The translations under genes were made by a program, and so were the position numbers. Source: Pseudomonadota bacterium (GTDB lineage Bacteria; Pseudomonadota; Gammaproteobacteria; Pseudomonadales; Oleiphilaceae). From it: a DNA stretch of 64,000 nt. The stretch spans positions 214,447-278,446 of the forward strand of contig JBNJLG010000003.1 in assembly GCA_051751785.1 (NCBI GenBank), in the 5' to 3' direction. Under the pieces are notes generated by a model that was not told the DNA's origin, searched no databases, and saw only the letters and a list, made by a program, of their open reading frames with translations. Of this stretch, positions 24,597 through 32,966 are shown piece after piece (positions within the stretch are counted from its first letter, which is position 1; every line of letters starts with the position of its first letter).

Positions 24597-25294
24597 AGCG
24601 GCCACCACTCACTGTTAAAGAAGCGGGCCAGCCAGCCCATCTGGTTAGCCTGATCAAAATCACCCGTACCGCCGTAAGCAAAACGGGCATCGGCTACACG
24701 ATTGGAAGCAACTGTGTTGTCCGGCTGGATATCCTGCGGGCGTACCAGCCCGGTCATGCGAATGTATTCGTCACCATTGGTTAACGAAAGCCATTTCTCA
24801 CCACGCACCTCCAACACGCCATTGGGCAACACATCAACAACGGTCACACTGATACTGCCTGCCAGACTGTTGCTCTGGTCAGCTTCCGCCGAACCTTCAA
24901 AGTCCCGCTCAAGGTTTGCAGACGCACTGAGACCGAGTTTGTCGTAGCCAAAGATATTGGGCTCCGCCAGACCCAGCTCCTGGTCCTTACCAATACTGGT
25001 TTCGGCATTTTTGCTGGCGCTGGTGGATTCCTCCAGTAAAACCGTCAACACATCGCCCACATTCAGAGCCTTCGTATCGCCATACAGGTTGTAGTTGCGG
25101 GCTACCTGAAAGATCGCGCCGGAATCCGAGTTGCGTTGCTCCATGGACTGCGCCCGTGCCGGCGCATAGGCCGGGTCATTCGGCTCGGCCCGCGGGCGGG
25201 TCATGGCAGTACAGCCCTGCAGCAAAACCAGGGCACCAACCAACGCCAGGGTGGCGGGACGCTCGGTGTTAATGATTCGACGAAGGCTTTTCAT
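24593..25294 (-). CDS. flgH: Flagellar L-ring lipoprotein FlgH
   Basis: 233 aa, lipobox LLQGC, conserved [10 protein letters not shown]... Confidence 0.95.
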   Translation of the reverse strand: MKSLRRIINTERPATLALVGALVLLQGCTAMTRPRAEPNDPAYAPARAQSMEQRNSDSGAIFQVARNYNLYGDTKALNVGDVLTVLLEESTSASKNAETSIGKDQELGLAEPNIFGYDKLGLSASANLERDFEGSAEADQSNSLAGSISVTVVDVLPNGVLEVRGEKWLSLTNGDEYIRMTGLVRPQDIQPDNTVASNRVADARFAYGGTGDFDQANQMGWLARFFNSEWWPL

Positions 25295-25297
25295 AAC

Positions 25298-26086
25298 TTA
25301 CCCGATATTATTGGTAATGAACTGAAGCATCTGATCGGTGCTCGAAACCACTTTCGAGTTCATCTCATAAGCTCGCTGGGTGGTAATCATGTTCACCAGC
25401 TCTTCAACAACTTCCACGTTGGAAGATTCAACGGTGCCCTGTTCGATGCTGCCCAGCCCGGCCAGGCCAGCCTCACCTTCACCGGGATCACCACTGGCGT
25501 TGGTTTCCTTGAACAGGTTGTTACCAATAGCCTGCAGCCCCTGCGGATTGATGAAATCAACCAGCGTGACCTGCCCCAGATTGATCGGAGCGGCCTGGTC
25601 ATCCACCACGGCGGTAACAGTGCCATCCTTGCCAATGCTGATATTTGTGGCGTTCTCCGGCACGTTGATGTTTGGCTCCAGAGGGAAACCGTCCGGAGTA
25701 ACCACATCACCGTCGGAGTTGAGCTGGAACTGGCCGTCACGGGTGTAAGCAACCTGACCGTCCGGCATCTCCACCTGGAAGAAACCCCGGCCGTTGACTG
25801 CCATATCCAGCGGCTGTTCGGTCACCTGCAAATTGCCCTGGGTGAACTGCTTGGCAGTGCCCACGACCCGCACACCGGTACCCAGTTGCAAACCGGATGG
25901 AACCTCGGTGTTTTCTGTGCTCATACCACCGGGCTGACGATTGACCTGGTACAACATATCCTGGAAAACCGCCCGGTCGCGCTTGAAGCCCGTGGTGTTC
26001 ACATTGGCCAGGTTGTTCGAAATCGTGGACATGTTGGTGTCCTGTGCGCTCAACCCGGTCTTGCTGACCCAAAGTGCTGGATGCAT
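25298..26086 (-). CDS. flgG: Flagellar distal rod protein FlgG
   Basis: 262 aa, MHPALWVSKTGLSAQDTNMSTISNNLANVNTTGFKRDRAVFQDMLYQ. AAGGAG RBS. Confidence 0.95.
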   Translation of the reverse strand: MHPALWVSKTGLSAQDTNMSTISNNLANVNTTGFKRDRAVFQDMLYQVNRQPGGMSTENTEVPSGLQLGTGVRVVGTAKQFTQGNLQVTEQPLDMAVNGRGFFQVEMPDGQVAYTRDGQFQLNSDGDVVTPDGFPLEPNINVPENATNISIGKDGTVTAVVDDQAAPINLGQVTLVDFINPQGLQAIGNNLFKETNASGDPGEGEAGLAGLGSIEQGTVESSNVEVVEELVNMITTQRAYEMNSKVVSSTDQMLQFITNNIG

Positions 26087-26166
26087 GGTTCTACTCCTTA
26101 CCTTCTGCCTGTCTGCCGGCGATTTCTTGCCGCTCTCTGGCAGCCGGTGCGTTTAAATCGGTGTTA

Positions 26167-26922
26167 TCAGAGGTTCTGCAACAGTCGTGCCGTCGCCTCG
26201 GAATTCTCATTGGCGGTGGACATCACCTTGACCTGCATTTCGTACTGTCGGGACAACTGCAGGTTTGAGATCATTTCTTCCACCGCATTCACGTTCGAGC
26301 TTTCCAGAAAGCCGGTGGCCACACGCATGGCACCATCTGCTGGTTCAGCACCACCATCCAGCGCCTGATCAGGCTTTCTGCGAATGAAACCGTCTTCACC
26401 CTTTTCAAGAGCGTCTGCCGGAGGATTGACGAGCTTCAGGCGGTCAACTTCCACCATCTGATCCGGCGGGCCGCCAACCGGTACCACGGAAATGGTGCCG
26501 TCTTTACCAATCTGAACGTTATCGAAAGGAGGCAAGGCCACCGGGCCGCCATTACCCATCACCATCTCGCCACTGGCGAGACGCACCATGCCGTTCACAT
26601 CCACCTGCAAACTGCCGCTGCGGGTAAAGACTTCTTCGCCCTGGTTATTCTGAACCGCCAGCCAACCGTCGCCTTCCAGTGCGACATCCATTTTTCGCCC
26701 GGTTTCCTGTAAGGCACCGGAAGAAAGATCGGTACCTGGGCGCTCGGTCATGGCATAGGCGCGGGTGGGATGATGTTCGCCGAAAACCGGCATGCTGCGG
26801 GCCTGGGCAAAATCCTTCTTGAAGCCAGTAGTATTTACGTTGGCCAGATTATTGGCGTGGGCACGCTGGGCCATCATGTTCTGCTTGGCGCCAGACATTC
26901 CAATATAAAGGGCTTTGTCCAT
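26167..26922 (-). CDS. flgF: Flagellar proximal rod protein FlgF
   Basis: ATG 26922 (MDKALYIGMSGAKQNMMAQRAHANNLANVNTTGFKKDF) preceded by CAGGAG. The ORF track start is TTG 26928. Confidence 0.9.
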   Translation of the reverse strand: MDKALYIGMSGAKQNMMAQRAHANNLANVNTTGFKKDFAQARSMPVFGEHHPTRAYAMTERPGTDLSSGALQETGRKMDVALEGDGWLAVQNNQGEEVFTRSGSLQVDVNGMVRLASGEMVMGNGGPVALPPFDNVQIGKDGTISVVPVGGPPDQMVEVDRLKLVNPPADALEKGEDGFIRRKPDQALDGGAEPADGAMRVATGFLESSNVNAVEEMISNLQLSRQYEMQVKVMSTANENSEATARLLQNL

Positions 26923-26963
26923 GGGCAAACTCCTGCCGGAATTTTGACTGTTTCCAGTATTCC

Positions 26964-26979
26964 TGCAGGAGTCGTGCCA
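26964..26979 (-). promoter_or_regulatory. Sigma54 (-24/-12) promoter upstream of flgF
   Basis: Minus strand TGGCAC-GACTC-CTGCA (GG and GC doublets 10 nt apart), about 40 nt upstream of the flgF ATG. Confidence 0.55.
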
Positions 26980-26998
26980 TGTTTACATGGAGGGACTA

Positions 26999-28906
26999 TT
27001 AGCGGAGGTTGATGATGGTCTGGGTGACCGCATCAGAGGTTTCAATGGTTTTGGCGTTCGCCTGATAGTTACGCTGGGCAATGATCAGGTTCACCAGTTC
27101 CTCGGAAAGATCCACGTTGGATTCTTCTACCGAGCTGGAGGCAATGGAACCAAGGGTACCGGTGTCCGGTTTGCCGATAACCGGCTGGCCGGATTCAAAG
27201 GTTTCTACCCAGGCGGTATCACCCACCGGGGACAGTCCATCGGTATTGTTGAAACTTGCCAGGGCAACCTGGCCCAGAGACTGGGACTGACCGTTGGTAT
27301 ACCGTGCAAAGATCACCCCTTCGTCAGAGACGTCCAAGCCAGAAAGACGACCGGTGGTATAGCCGTTCTGCTGTTGGTCATTAACACCGAAGGCCGCGCC
27401 GTATTGGGTGGTTTCGCCAAGATCCACTACGAACGCAGAGCTGGAAGCCGGCTCGGGAATCGGGCTTACGACAGAATCCGGATCGGCCGGTGGCCCATCA
27501 GCACCATTGGGATCACCATTCGGATCTTTGGGCACCCAGTCCGCGATAATAATCTCACCATTGGGTGAGACGTTTCCGTCCTGATCCGTCATGGATTCAA
27601 GATCGCCACTTTCGTTAAAAGTCGCAGTGTACGGGGCCGCATCAGTGCCGCCCACCATTTCACCGTCAATCTGAACGTAGACGGACCACTGGCTTTCCCC
27701 AACACCACTACCCGGTGACGGCTCTTTGACATAGAACTGGGTCAGCTCGTGAGAGTTACCCAGACTGTCGTAGATGCTGGTTGAAGTGGCATGGTTGTAG
27801 GTGCGTTGATCCAGAGGATTAAAGGCATTGATTGGCGTCGCTTCCGTCTCGCCAAAGGTGTCCACAAACTCCGAGGTGGTTTCGTCCGATGTTACCGCAG
27901 ACACTGTCCGGTCTGTTGATACAGACACATCACCAACCGTATCTTCTTCAGCGTTCAATGGGCCGGACTCTTCTCCCCACTCAACTTTCAGCGGCTCGCC
28001 CGAGCTGTCTCTGACGACAAGATCATCGCCATCAACGTTCGCCGAAATCGAATTGTTGCCGAAATTTGAAATAACGTCGGCCAAATCCTGAAGTGTCGCT
28101 ACACCATCCAGATTCAATACTTCATCGTTGATGCGGAATTCCAGGTCGCCGTCGCCAATTGCGTCATTCAGGGTATCGCCAGTAGTGCCGCCCGTTGCCG
28201 TACTATTCACCCGGGCAGTCGTAGTACCTGACGCGTTAACCCCCGGTGCAGTGCTTAACGCATCGGCAATTTCTTTTGCCGAACCAACCGGGTTAGAAAG
28301 AGTCACCGGCTGGTCAGATGAGCCATCTGCATATTCAAAGGTCAGCGTTTCGCCATCGGTAAATTCATCGGTTGTCAGCGAAAAATCCTTAACCCGTCTT
28401 TCCAATACAGATTCCCGGGAGTCCAGGTTCAAGTCCGTCTGCAGGCTGGTAGTCCGGCGAGGCGCCAGGTTGGCGGTCTCAATCTGCATATCGCCACGTA
28501 CGCCAGAGATATTGCCGTCATCATCGGCGTTGAAACCCTGAACCTTCATGTTCTGGTTGTTGACCACGAAGCCTTCTTTATCGATGCCGAACTCGCCGGC
28601 CCGGGAATAGCGGGTTTCACCGCCATCACTCAGCACGAAGAAACCGTCACCATCAATGGCCATATCCAGGCCGTTATCCGTGAAGCTCAGATTGCCCTGG
28701 CCGAACTGCTGCTGCACATCCTGAACCTGAACACCGCTACCGACGGGGTTGGAGCCGGAACTCAGAAAACCGTTCGCATACAAATCGCCAAACTGGGCAC
28801 GACTGCTTTTGAAACCAACCGTGCTGGCGTTGGCGATGTTGTTACCAGTGACGTCCAGATCCACCTGTGAGGCCCGAAGACCACTCAATCCTGTGTTAAA
28901 TGCCAT
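26999..28906 (-). CDS. flgE: Flagellar hook protein FlgE (enlarged, 635 aa)
   Basis: MAFNTGLSGLRASQVDLDVTGNNIANASTVGFKSSRAQF ... EESNVDLSEELVNLIIAQRNYQANAKTIETSDAVTQTIINLR. GGAGGA RBS. The central insert is described in the findings. Confidence 0.9.
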   Translation of the reverse strand: MAFNTGLSGLRASQVDLDVTGNNIANASTVGFKSSRAQFGDLYANGFLSSGSNPVGSGVQVQDVQQQFGQGNLSFTDNGLDMAIDGDGFFVLSDGGETRYSRAGEFGIDKEGFVVNNQNMKVQGFNADDDGNISGVRGDMQIETANLAPRRTTSLQTDLNLDSRESVLERRVKDFSLTTDEFTDGETLTFEYADGSSDQPVTLSNPVGSAKEIADALSTAPGVNASGTTTARVNSTATGGTTGDTLNDAIGDGDLEFRINDEVLNLDGVATLQDLADVISNFGNNSISANVDGDDLVVRDSSGEPLKVEWGEESGPLNAEEDTVGDVSVSTDRTVSAVTSDETTSEFVDTFGETEATPINAFNPLDQRTYNHATSTSIYDSLGNSHELTQFYVKEPSPGSGVGESQWSVYVQIDGEMVGGTDAAPYTATFNESGDLESMTDQDGNVSPNGEIIIADWVPKDPNGDPNGADGPPADPDSVVSPIPEPASSSAFVVDLGETTQYGAAFGVNDQQQNGYTTGRLSGLDVSDEGVIFARYTNGQSQSLGQVALASFNNTDGLSPVGDTAWVETFESGQPVIGKPDTGTLGSIASSSVEESNVDLSEELVNLIIAQRNYQANAKTIETSDAVTQTIINLR

Positions 28907-28935
28907 GACTTATTTCCTCCTGGTCCGACACCGGC

Positions 28936-29613
28936 TCAGTTAATTTGTTTGACTTCAGACAGCGGCAGGGAACCCATGCCGGCAAGATTCAAGGTGACAT
29001 TACCGCCTTTGCCCAGAGACACGCTGTCCACATTGGCGCTGACCATGGTATCCAGCTGTTCGGTTCCTGAGGGGTAGGAACCTTCAGCCACTATCTTGTA
29101 GGGCCCCGGCGGCAAGTTGTTGCCGTTGCCGTCCTTGCCATCCCATTGGAAATTCGTAACGCCGGGTTGCTGCGCACCCATGTCTATCTGCCGGACCCGC
29201 TCACCTGCCTGATTCTCAATAGAAAGCCTCAAACCGCCTGTGGTCGCGGGCACTTCAACCGTGCCGTTAAGCTGGCCGTCGCTACCCAGAATGCCCACAT
29301 TGGAAGGCGCCAGTACCGTCTTGCCGACCATGGCAGACGCCTGCAGGGCCTGGCTGGACCGGAACTGGCCGGCCACATCGTCAACGGTACCGGACAGGTT
29401 CTGCATCTCTTCCAGAGAGCTGAACTGGGCCAGCTGTGACACAAACTCGCCGTTTTCCTGTGGTTCCAGCGGGTCCTGATTTTTCATCTGTGCCAGCATC
29501 AGTTCCATAAAGGCATCTTTACCCAGCTCGCTGCCACCCTTGGCCTGCTCTTCCTGCTGGATCCGAAACTGGCTCAGTACGTCTGTGGTTGACGCTGAAT
29601 TCACTGCGCTCAT
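28936..29613 (-). CDS. flgD: Flagellar hook assembly/capping protein FlgD
   Basis: 225 aa, LGKDAFMELMLAQMKNQDPLEP, plus a C-terminal FlgD Ig-like domain. Confidence 0.9.
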   Translation of the reverse strand: MSAVNSASTTDVLSQFRIQQEEQAKGGSELGKDAFMELMLAQMKNQDPLEPQENGEFVSQLAQFSSLEEMQNLSGTVDDVAGQFRSSQALQASAMVGKTVLAPSNVGILGSDGQLNGTVEVPATTGGLRLSIENQAGERVRQIDMGAQQPGVTNFQWDGKDGNGNNLPPGPYKIVAEGSYPSGTEQLDTMVSANVDSVSLGKGGNVTLNLAGMGSLPLSEVKQIN

Positions 29614-29630
29614 GATTCTCTCCTAACCTG

Positions 29631-30080
29631 TTACTGCTGACCCAGTGTCAGAACACGCTGCATCATGGATTTGGTGGCGTTCATTATGTCTACGTTCATC
29701 TGGAAGCTGCGGGAGGACGACATCATGTCCGCCATCTCCTCCACCACATTCACGTTCGGGTAATACACATAACCGTCTTCATTGGCGGCGGGATGATCGG
29801 GCTCGTACCGCATCTGCAGTTCGGCATCACTTTCAACGATGCCCTCAACCCGCACACCGGCACCAGGGCCGCCATCACTAGCAGCGCCGAAACCCTGCTG
29901 ATCCGGGTTCAGCATGGATTGCTGAACGGCCGCGAACACCGGCTTACGAGCCCGATAGGTATTGTCGGTGCTTGAGCTGGCTGTTTCAGCATTGGCAATG
30001 TTCGAGGCTGTGGTATTCAGGCGCAGCGACTGCGCGGTCATGCCGGAACCTGCGATATCAAAAATGTTGCCCAGTGACAT
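29631..30080 (-). CDS. flgC: Flagellar basal-body rod protein FlgC
   Basis: 149 aa, MSLGNIFDIAGSGMTAQSLRLNTTASNIANAET ... NVNVVEEMADMMSSSRSFQMNV. Confidence 0.95.
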   Translation of the reverse strand: MSLGNIFDIAGSGMTAQSLRLNTTASNIANAETASSSTDNTYRARKPVFAAVQQSMLNPDQQGFGAASDGGPGAGVRVEGIVESDAELQMRYEPDHPAANEDGYVYYPNVNVVEEMADMMSSSRSFQMNVDIMNATKSMMQRVLTLGQQ

Positions 30081-30113
30081 GACTGTCTCCTTAAGAAATC
30101 AGTGAATCGAGGC

Positions 30114-30512
30114 TTATTCGCCTTTAATGGCCTTTTTAAGGCCGGCGAACTTGCTGCTCAGAAATTCAAAGCTGGCCTGATAATCCATAGCGTTGCGCAT
30201 AAAGCGGGTCTGTTCGCTTTGAGCTTCAACTGTATTGCCATCAATAGACGGCTGATTCGGAGTACGGTACAGCAGCTCACCGTCGGCGCCCGGGCTGGAG
30301 GTATCCATATGGCCGCCATGGGTGGCGCTCATATTGAAACCAGACACGGAATTCTGCGCTTTCTGCATCATTGCCTGAAAATCGATATCACGAGCCTTGT
30401 AACCCGGGGTATCCGCGTTCGCCAGATTGTTAGCCAACACTTCGGCACGCTTTACCCGGGCCTGCAGCGAGTGTTCGTGAATACCCAGCGCATTATCGAA
30501 ACTGATTGCCAT
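30114..30512 (-). CDS. flgB: Flagellar basal-body rod protein FlgB
   Basis: 132 aa, RAEVLANNLANADTPGYKARDIDF. First gene of the block. Confidence 0.95.
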   Translation of the reverse strand: MAISFDNALGIHEHSLQARVKRAEVLANNLANADTPGYKARDIDFQAMMQKAQNSVSGFNMSATHGGHMDTSSPGADGELLYRTPNQPSIDGNTVEAQSEQTRFMRNAMDYQASFEFLSSKFAGLKKAIKGE

Positions 30513-30586
30513 CTTTGCCTCCGGAAATCTGCAACGGCCGTCGGTGTTGTTGCCGGTTTGCCGCTTTTGCGTTCTGACGGAGTAAA

Positions 30587-30602
30587 TGCAAAGGGGGTGC
30601 CA
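30587..30602 (-). promoter_or_regulatory. Sigma54 (-24/-12) promoter of the flgB operon
   Basis: Minus strand TGGCAC-CCCCT-TTGCA, an exact match to TGGCAC-N5-TTGCW, 75 nt upstream of the flgB ATG. Confidence 0.7.
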
Positions 30603-30608
30603 AAATTG

Positions 30609-30632
30609 AAAAAGCCCGCAATGACGCGGGCT
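30609..30632 (-). terminator. Intrinsic terminator after the nitroreductase gene
   Basis: Minus strand AGCCCGC-GTCAT-GCGGGCT followed by TTTTT, placed just upstream of the flgB sigma54 promoter. Confidence 0.55.
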
Positions 30633-30736
30633 GGAGGGAGATTGATTAAATTTCAGGCGGCATTAAACCGGCGGAAGTCAAACGATGCGGCAAAGGGGTT
30701 CCTCATCGAACAAGAAGCCGTTTCCACCGGCAATCA

Positions 30737-31312
30737 TCACCAGCTATGACAACCGTCTATACCTTGCCAGTACTCAACGAACTCGCCGGGTTCAGGGCGT
30801 GGCACTACCGGCTTTTCAGTCGCCACAGAGCCGGTATAGAGGAAGCCGATAATCAGTTCGCCGTCCGCCAAACCGAGTGCTTCCTGAACACTGTGGGCGT
30901 AGGCAACCGGGCCGGTGCGCCACATGGTCCCGAAACCGGCATCGTTCAATGCCAGCGACAGCAACGTCATACTGCTGCCTGCCGCAAGCACCTGCTCTAC
31001 TTCAGGCACTTTCGGATGATGACTGGGGGAAGCGATGCCAACAATGACCATCGGTGCCCTGAGAGGCGCATTGCGCGCTTTTTCCAGCTCTTTCTCGGTC
31101 GCATTGTTGGCACTGGCACCGGCAAACACTTCACCCAGCTCTACCAGCGCATCGCCTTCAACAACCAGATACCGCCAGGGTTTGAGCAGGGCGTGATCCG
31201 GCGCCCGGGCTGCGCACCGAAATGCCTGGTCCAGCACTGCCTTGTCCGGAGCCGGGGACCGCAGCCGGGGTTCCGAAGACCGATTCAGCAAAAACCGGGT
31301 AACTGTACTCAT
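30737..31312 (-). CDS. NAD(P)H nitroreductase family protein (YdjA-like)
   Basis: 191 aa, RSSEPRLRSPAPDKAVLDQAFRCAARAPDHALLKPWRYLVV, typical of the small nitroreductase subfamily. GGGAGA RBS. Confidence 0.8.
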   Translation of the reverse strand: MSTVTRFLLNRSSEPRLRSPAPDKAVLDQAFRCAARAPDHALLKPWRYLVVEGDALVELGEVFAGASANNATEKELEKARNAPLRAPMVIVGIASPSHHPKVPEVEQVLAAGSSMTLLSLALNDAGFGTMWRTGPVAYAHSVQEALGLADGELIIGFLYTGSVATEKPVVPRPEPGEFVEYWQGIDGCHSW

Positions 31313-31352
31313 ATCGTCTCCCTTCCGGTGTCTGTAGTTATGCTACGGTTGA

Positions 31353-32171
31353 TTATTGCCGTACCAGCCGGGGCCCGGGGCCGTCTTCAGGGCTGGTGCT
31401 GCGCCAGGGATTGATATCCAGCCCGCCCCGGCGGGTATAACGGGCACAGACCATCAGCTCACGGGGCTGACAACGTTCCATCAGATCAGTAAACAGCGTT
31501 TCCACACAATGTTCGTGAAAATCCTGCTTTTGACGAAAGCTCACGATATAGCGCAGCAGGCCGGCATGGTCTGTTTTCGGCCCGGTATAACGAACAAGCA
31601 CTGTGCCCCAATCCGGCTGGCCGGTCACCGGACAGTTACTTTTGAGCAGGTGCGAGCTCAGCTGTTCCGTAACCTCTTCGCCACTGGCCGACAATGATTC
31701 CGGGGAGTAATCGTACACCACGTCGTCAACCGGCAGGTCATCAATCAGTTGATAACCTTCCGGGCGCCCTGTTGCGGGGGCAGATTCGTCAACACTGAGC
31801 AGTTTTAAATGCACCGCTGCTCCGCAAGCCGTGGACAAATCGGCAACAATGGTCGCTTCTACCTGCTCGTGAGATGAGAAGACGGTCTGGTTGTAAGAGT
31901 TCAGATAAAGCTTCAGCGACTTACTTTCGATGATCGCCGGCGACGCCGCCGGGAAACGGATTTCCGCCCAGGCCACAGCGGGCACGCCGCCAGGCCGAAG
32001 CCAGGAGATCTCCCAGGCCTGCCACATATCTTCCCCGAACCAGGGCCAGCGGCCATCGCTCAGGCCGATGCGGCGGCGATTCTCTTCCCGGGGAACCGGG
32101 AAGAGCAGTGACGGATCATACCGATCCGGGTAATCGCTGGTCTTGCCCAGCGGCGCCTTGTCCAGAGCCAT
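31353..32171 (-). CDS. queF: NADPH-dependent 7-cyano-7-deazaguanine (preQ0) reductase, bimodular type
   Basis: 272 aa, LGKTSDYPDRYDPSLLFPVPR. Catalytic Cys in SNCPVTGQPDWG, plus the QDFHEHC motif. Confidence 0.9.
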   Translation of the reverse strand: MALDKAPLGKTSDYPDRYDPSLLFPVPREENRRRIGLSDGRWPWFGEDMWQAWEISWLRPGGVPAVAWAEIRFPAASPAIIESKSLKLYLNSYNQTVFSSHEQVEATIVADLSTACGAAVHLKLLSVDESAPATGRPEGYQLIDDLPVDDVVYDYSPESLSASGEEVTEQLSSHLLKSNCPVTGQPDWGTVLVRYTGPKTDHAGLLRYIVSFRQKQDFHEHCVETLFTDLMERCQPRELMVCARYTRRGGLDINPWRSTSPEDGPGPRLVRQ

Positions 32172-32192
32172 GAACTATTCCTGAATAGCGTG

Positions 32193-32966
32193 TCAGTGAC
32201 GAATGCCCTTGCCTTTAGCCAGCATACGCAGGGCAAGCGTGGCGAGCAGTACAATAAAGACCAGGATCATACCAAGAGAAACAAACGGGTTAACGTCCGA
32301 GACGCCCAGTATGCCGTAACGGAAGCCGTTTACCATATACAGAATGGGGTTGATCATGGACACCCCCTGCCAGAACTCCGGCAATTCCTGAATGCTGTAG
32401 AACACCCCGCCCAGATACGTGAGTGGCGTAAGTATGAACGTTGGCACGATGGAAATGTCATCAAACTTGGTGGCCAGCATGGCGTTGATAAAGCCACCCA
32501 GGGAAAACAGCGCCGAAGTCAGAAATACTGTAATGACCACCATTGGCAGGTTATGAATCGCCAACCGGGTAAATGCCAGCGACAACAGGGTAACAATCAG
32601 CCCGATACTCAGGCCCCGCGCCATGCCGCCGGCCACATAACCGGCCAGAATAGTCCAGTTGGGCACCGGCGACACCAGAAGCTCCTCGATACTGCGCTGG
32701 AACTTCATGGAAAAGAAGGATGACACTACATTGCCGTAGGAATTGGTGATGACGGCCATCATGATCAAGCCGGGCACGATGAACTGCATATAATCGTACC
32801 CGCCCATTTCACCAATACGGGAACCGATCAGGTTACCGAAAATAATAAAATACAGCGTCATGGTGACAGCCGGCGGCAGCAGGGTCTGGGCCCAGATGCG
32901 GGTAAAACGGCGGATCTCACGAACAACGATGGTAATAAACGCCGTCCAGAGGGCGTGCAAACTCAT
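32193..32966 (-). CDS. ABC-2 type transporter permease (YadH-like)
   Basis: 257 aa with six predicted TM segments and ABC-2 family text. The ATG overlaps the ATPase stop (ATGA). Confidence 0.85.
   Translation of the reverse strand: MSLHALWTAFITIVVREIRRFTRIWAQTLLPPAVTMTLYFIIFGNLIGSRIGEMGGYDYMQFIVPGLIMMAVITNSYGNVVSSFFSMKFQRSIEELLVSPVPNWTILAGYVAGGMARGLSIGLIVTLLSLAFTRLAIHNLPMVVITVFLTSALFSLGGFINAMLATKFDDISIVPTFILTPLTYLGGVFYSIQELPEFWQGVSMINPILYMVNGFRYGILGVSDVNPFVSLGMILVFIVLLATLALRMLAKGKGIRH

Noticed and set aside
25136-26368. 410-aa + strand ORF
   Set aside because: Antisense to flgH/flgG/flgF, which are all clearly real.
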